64,000 bases of DNA from Squalus acanthias (lineage: Eukaryota). The notes beneath the pieces are model-generated. The model saw nothing but the letters and a program-made list of their open reading frames with translations, made no database searches and was not told the origin of the DNA. Location: assembly GCA_030390025.1 (NCBI GenBank), contig CM059432.1, positions 59,274,001 through 59,338,000 on the forward strand, given 5' to 3'. The position numbers and the translations under genes are program-made. Positions 61,723 through 64,000 of this stretch are shown here, piece by piece (within the stretch, counting starts at the first letter, position 1; every line of letters starts with the position of its first letter).

Positions 61723-63713
61723 TAAACATATTGGGAAAACTCCTGTAATTCCAGGAGGGTTGGGAACCCTAGTCCCGAGGGCAGGCTGAAGAATTGCAGG
61801 TAGACCTCCAGATTTGATTTTAAACAACTTCCCCTGCAGAATGCTCAAGTCCTATCAGGATCTCCGTTGCCAATCTGCATCAGCATCCAGCACATCCCAA
61901 TCACCCATGCCAGACTTAAAGTTGCAGACCTTAGTTCCCGCCCCTACAGCCAGTGCTAGGCTCTGCGAGGGGGCAGGCCTGCACTAGGCGTGCTGCTCTT
62001 GGCTAGCACCTGGGAAGGGTCTTGGAAAAGCAGCCACAATAAATTTCTAATTTGCTCCAAATTTGCAAAACACAAGAAATTCATTCTTTTCTTGTTACGC
62101 AGCTTTGCCTGTTGCTACTTCCCTGTGATTTTGTTTCTGTTCATCTTGTGGTCTGAAAGCGGGGGCCAGTTTAAACCCTGGCAGGCTTATTTCTGATGGA
62201 CCTCCAAGCCATCCAGCCTGACCGAGATCGCCACCAGGATTTATAGCAGCAGCTGTGGAAGTCGGGACAAGTGCTCACACTGAACTACTAAATCATGTCA
62301 AGAACTACAGAACTACTCCCACAAAAACCTGGTCAACCAGAACGCGAATATTACTCACCAAACAAAGCTGATTAGCCTAGAATATGACATAACTTCGACA
62401 TTTATATACATGGGCTATTGACATCCTGTCACAGTCCAATAATCAAAATTGACTCCTGTAATAGATAAAAGCTAGAAGCCTCATACAGCAGTGCCTAAAA
62501 GAAGCAGTACATTAGCCTTCTTCATCCACATGGCAGTTACATCACTGGGGAATACCAATCACCAATAACTATGTGTGAGTCAACAATATCAATCTCTGTG
62601 AAACATTACTGGAACCTCACTGTTAGAATTCCAAATTTGTAGCAGTTACTCAATTACTTTTTTTCAGTACAATTAGCTTATATTAAAATGTTCATTAAAA
62701 ATAATCATGTATATTATTGGGGTGCCAAATTTGTGGAAAAGCATGTGGTGGATCTCATTTTTTTTTTTAATTTGTTTTCCAAGTATTCAATGCCATTACA
62801 TAAATAATGCTACAATACTTCACAGCATTACAAAAACATTACCTCGCTGGGCATGAGATTAGAATGATGAAATGAAGGTGGCATCAATGGCAATCTCAGT
62901 ATAAACATATCTGACTATCCGCTGACCAACTGCAACAGTGTGATTCTTGGGCTCAAATTCCACAATCCCACTGGGAAAGCTGCTATGCTTGTACGGAGAC
63001 GAGACTACAACTTTCTAGCACCAATTATTCCCCAATCTGCACTCTCTATGCACATGGCTCCCCACTAAAAGTGCAGGATTGCAGAATTAGCCCAGTCTTC
63101 TTTGAGTGTAGGGTGTTCATCTAATCGAGGATTTCACCCAAGAGATTATTTTTAAAGTGTATGTGAGGAGTGTAAAAGGGGGAATGGTAGTAATTTGCAT
63201 GGGAAGTACATGCACTGCCCCTTTAAATGTGACAGCAGCATAATGATTCCAAGTTTAACAAGAATCTCTGCATAAGCTCAATTATTTAAAGAATGATTCT
63301 CCCCCCGCTCCGGCTTCTCCCTTCTGCTTCTGCAGGGGTTGACTTTTGCCGGGACATGGTTCCGTGAGTGTTGGCCAGCTGATACCTCAACATGTGGCCA
63401 TTTTTCACAAGTCAGCCTCGGAAATGATTGTTGCCACATTACTTGACTGTGGGGGTATAATAGCCAGGCCAGTCCACAGTGTCCACATATGTGCACTTTT
63501 AAGCAGAGGTTACTGGCTAATGGTCAAGAGCAGAAAATCTAGCAAGCTTTTCTCCTTCCTAGCCCAGAGGTCAATTGTCAGACCCCCAACTATTACCCCA
63601 GCTGACAACAGCTAACTCAGCATAGACTGGAATTTAAATCTAGATCCTTACGGTCTGTATGCTTCTGTATCATGCCAGGTGGACCTTTTGCACACTAGGC
63701 CGCCAGCAGACCT

Positions 63714-64000
63714 GGGGGGAAAAATTTGGTTGCTTTGCACCTCCCGTTAGAGCACTAAGAGGGCGCTAATGGGGCGCAAAGCAACTAGCGCCCGGGTGCG
63801 GCGATGTTTGCGCCGCTCGCGAAATTGACCATTTTGCGGCGGCGCTAAACACTACCGCCACGATTTCCTGTGCCCGCAGATCGGTGACGTCAGTCGAGCG
63901 TGCAATGCCCCGGATATTGAGTGGCGCCCCCTGCCTTTTCGCCTGCCACTAGCAACGACAGGTTGAGAGGACTGTTTTGCAGTCTGGAAAGGACTGGGGG
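63714..64000. mobile_element. Start of a CpG-rich MITE-like element, cut by the window end
   Basis: GGGGGAAAAATTTGG terminus similar to the other MITE ends, with an abrupt rise in CpG. The other end is not visible. Confidence 0.4.

Larger units (their letters stand above)
59825..62252 (-). other. Candidate spliced transcript 3' end (putative exons 62252-62109, 60978-60920, 60237-60197, 59950-~59810); product unknown
   Basis: Pyrimidine-tract AG acceptors, GT donors (AAG|GTAAAT, AAA|GTAAGA; first donor would be GC), compatible phases, stop at 59916-59914 and AATAAA at 59830-59825. Confidence 0.35.

Noticed and set aside
63600..63700. tRNA-like sequence
   Set aside because: It is the decayed head of a SINE copy; no intact cloverleaf could be built.
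63714..64000. CpG island promoter
   Set aside because: It starts abruptly at a MITE-like terminus, so a young transposon end is the simpler explanation; it cannot be resolved at the window edge.

Overview
This is eukaryotic, repeat-dense, gene-poor vertebrate DNA. The repeat inventory points to a cartilaginous fish (shark-like); this is an inference from CR1 LINEs with (CTATGATT/CTTATGTT)n tails, L2 relics, Penelope-type terminal repeats and tRNA-derived SINEs. Roughly half the window is nested transposable elements: two CR1-group LINE lineages (17 of 20 copies on the minus strand), a complete decayed Gypsy/Mag-like LTR retrotransposon with ~125-bp LTRs and a 5-bp TSD, a 5'-truncated RTE, PIF/Harbinger relics with a swarm of 3-bp-TSD MITEs, and one probable plus one possible solo LTR. 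I recognise no intact host gene, rRNA, tRNA or CRISPR array; nearly all ORFs in the track are TE pseudogenes or their antisense shadows. The most notable signals are minimal hammerhead ribozymes in adjacent, opposite-strand Penelope-like insertions (34.2-34.7 kb), a candidate multi-exon minus-strand transcript with a poly(A) signal (59.8-62.9 kb), an unexplained 80-bp inverted duplication (12.2-13.1 kb), a four-layer TE nest (13.2-19.7 kb) and a MITE family whose internal hairpin loop hosts different tandem expansions. No database searches were run; family assignments come from motif recognition by eye.
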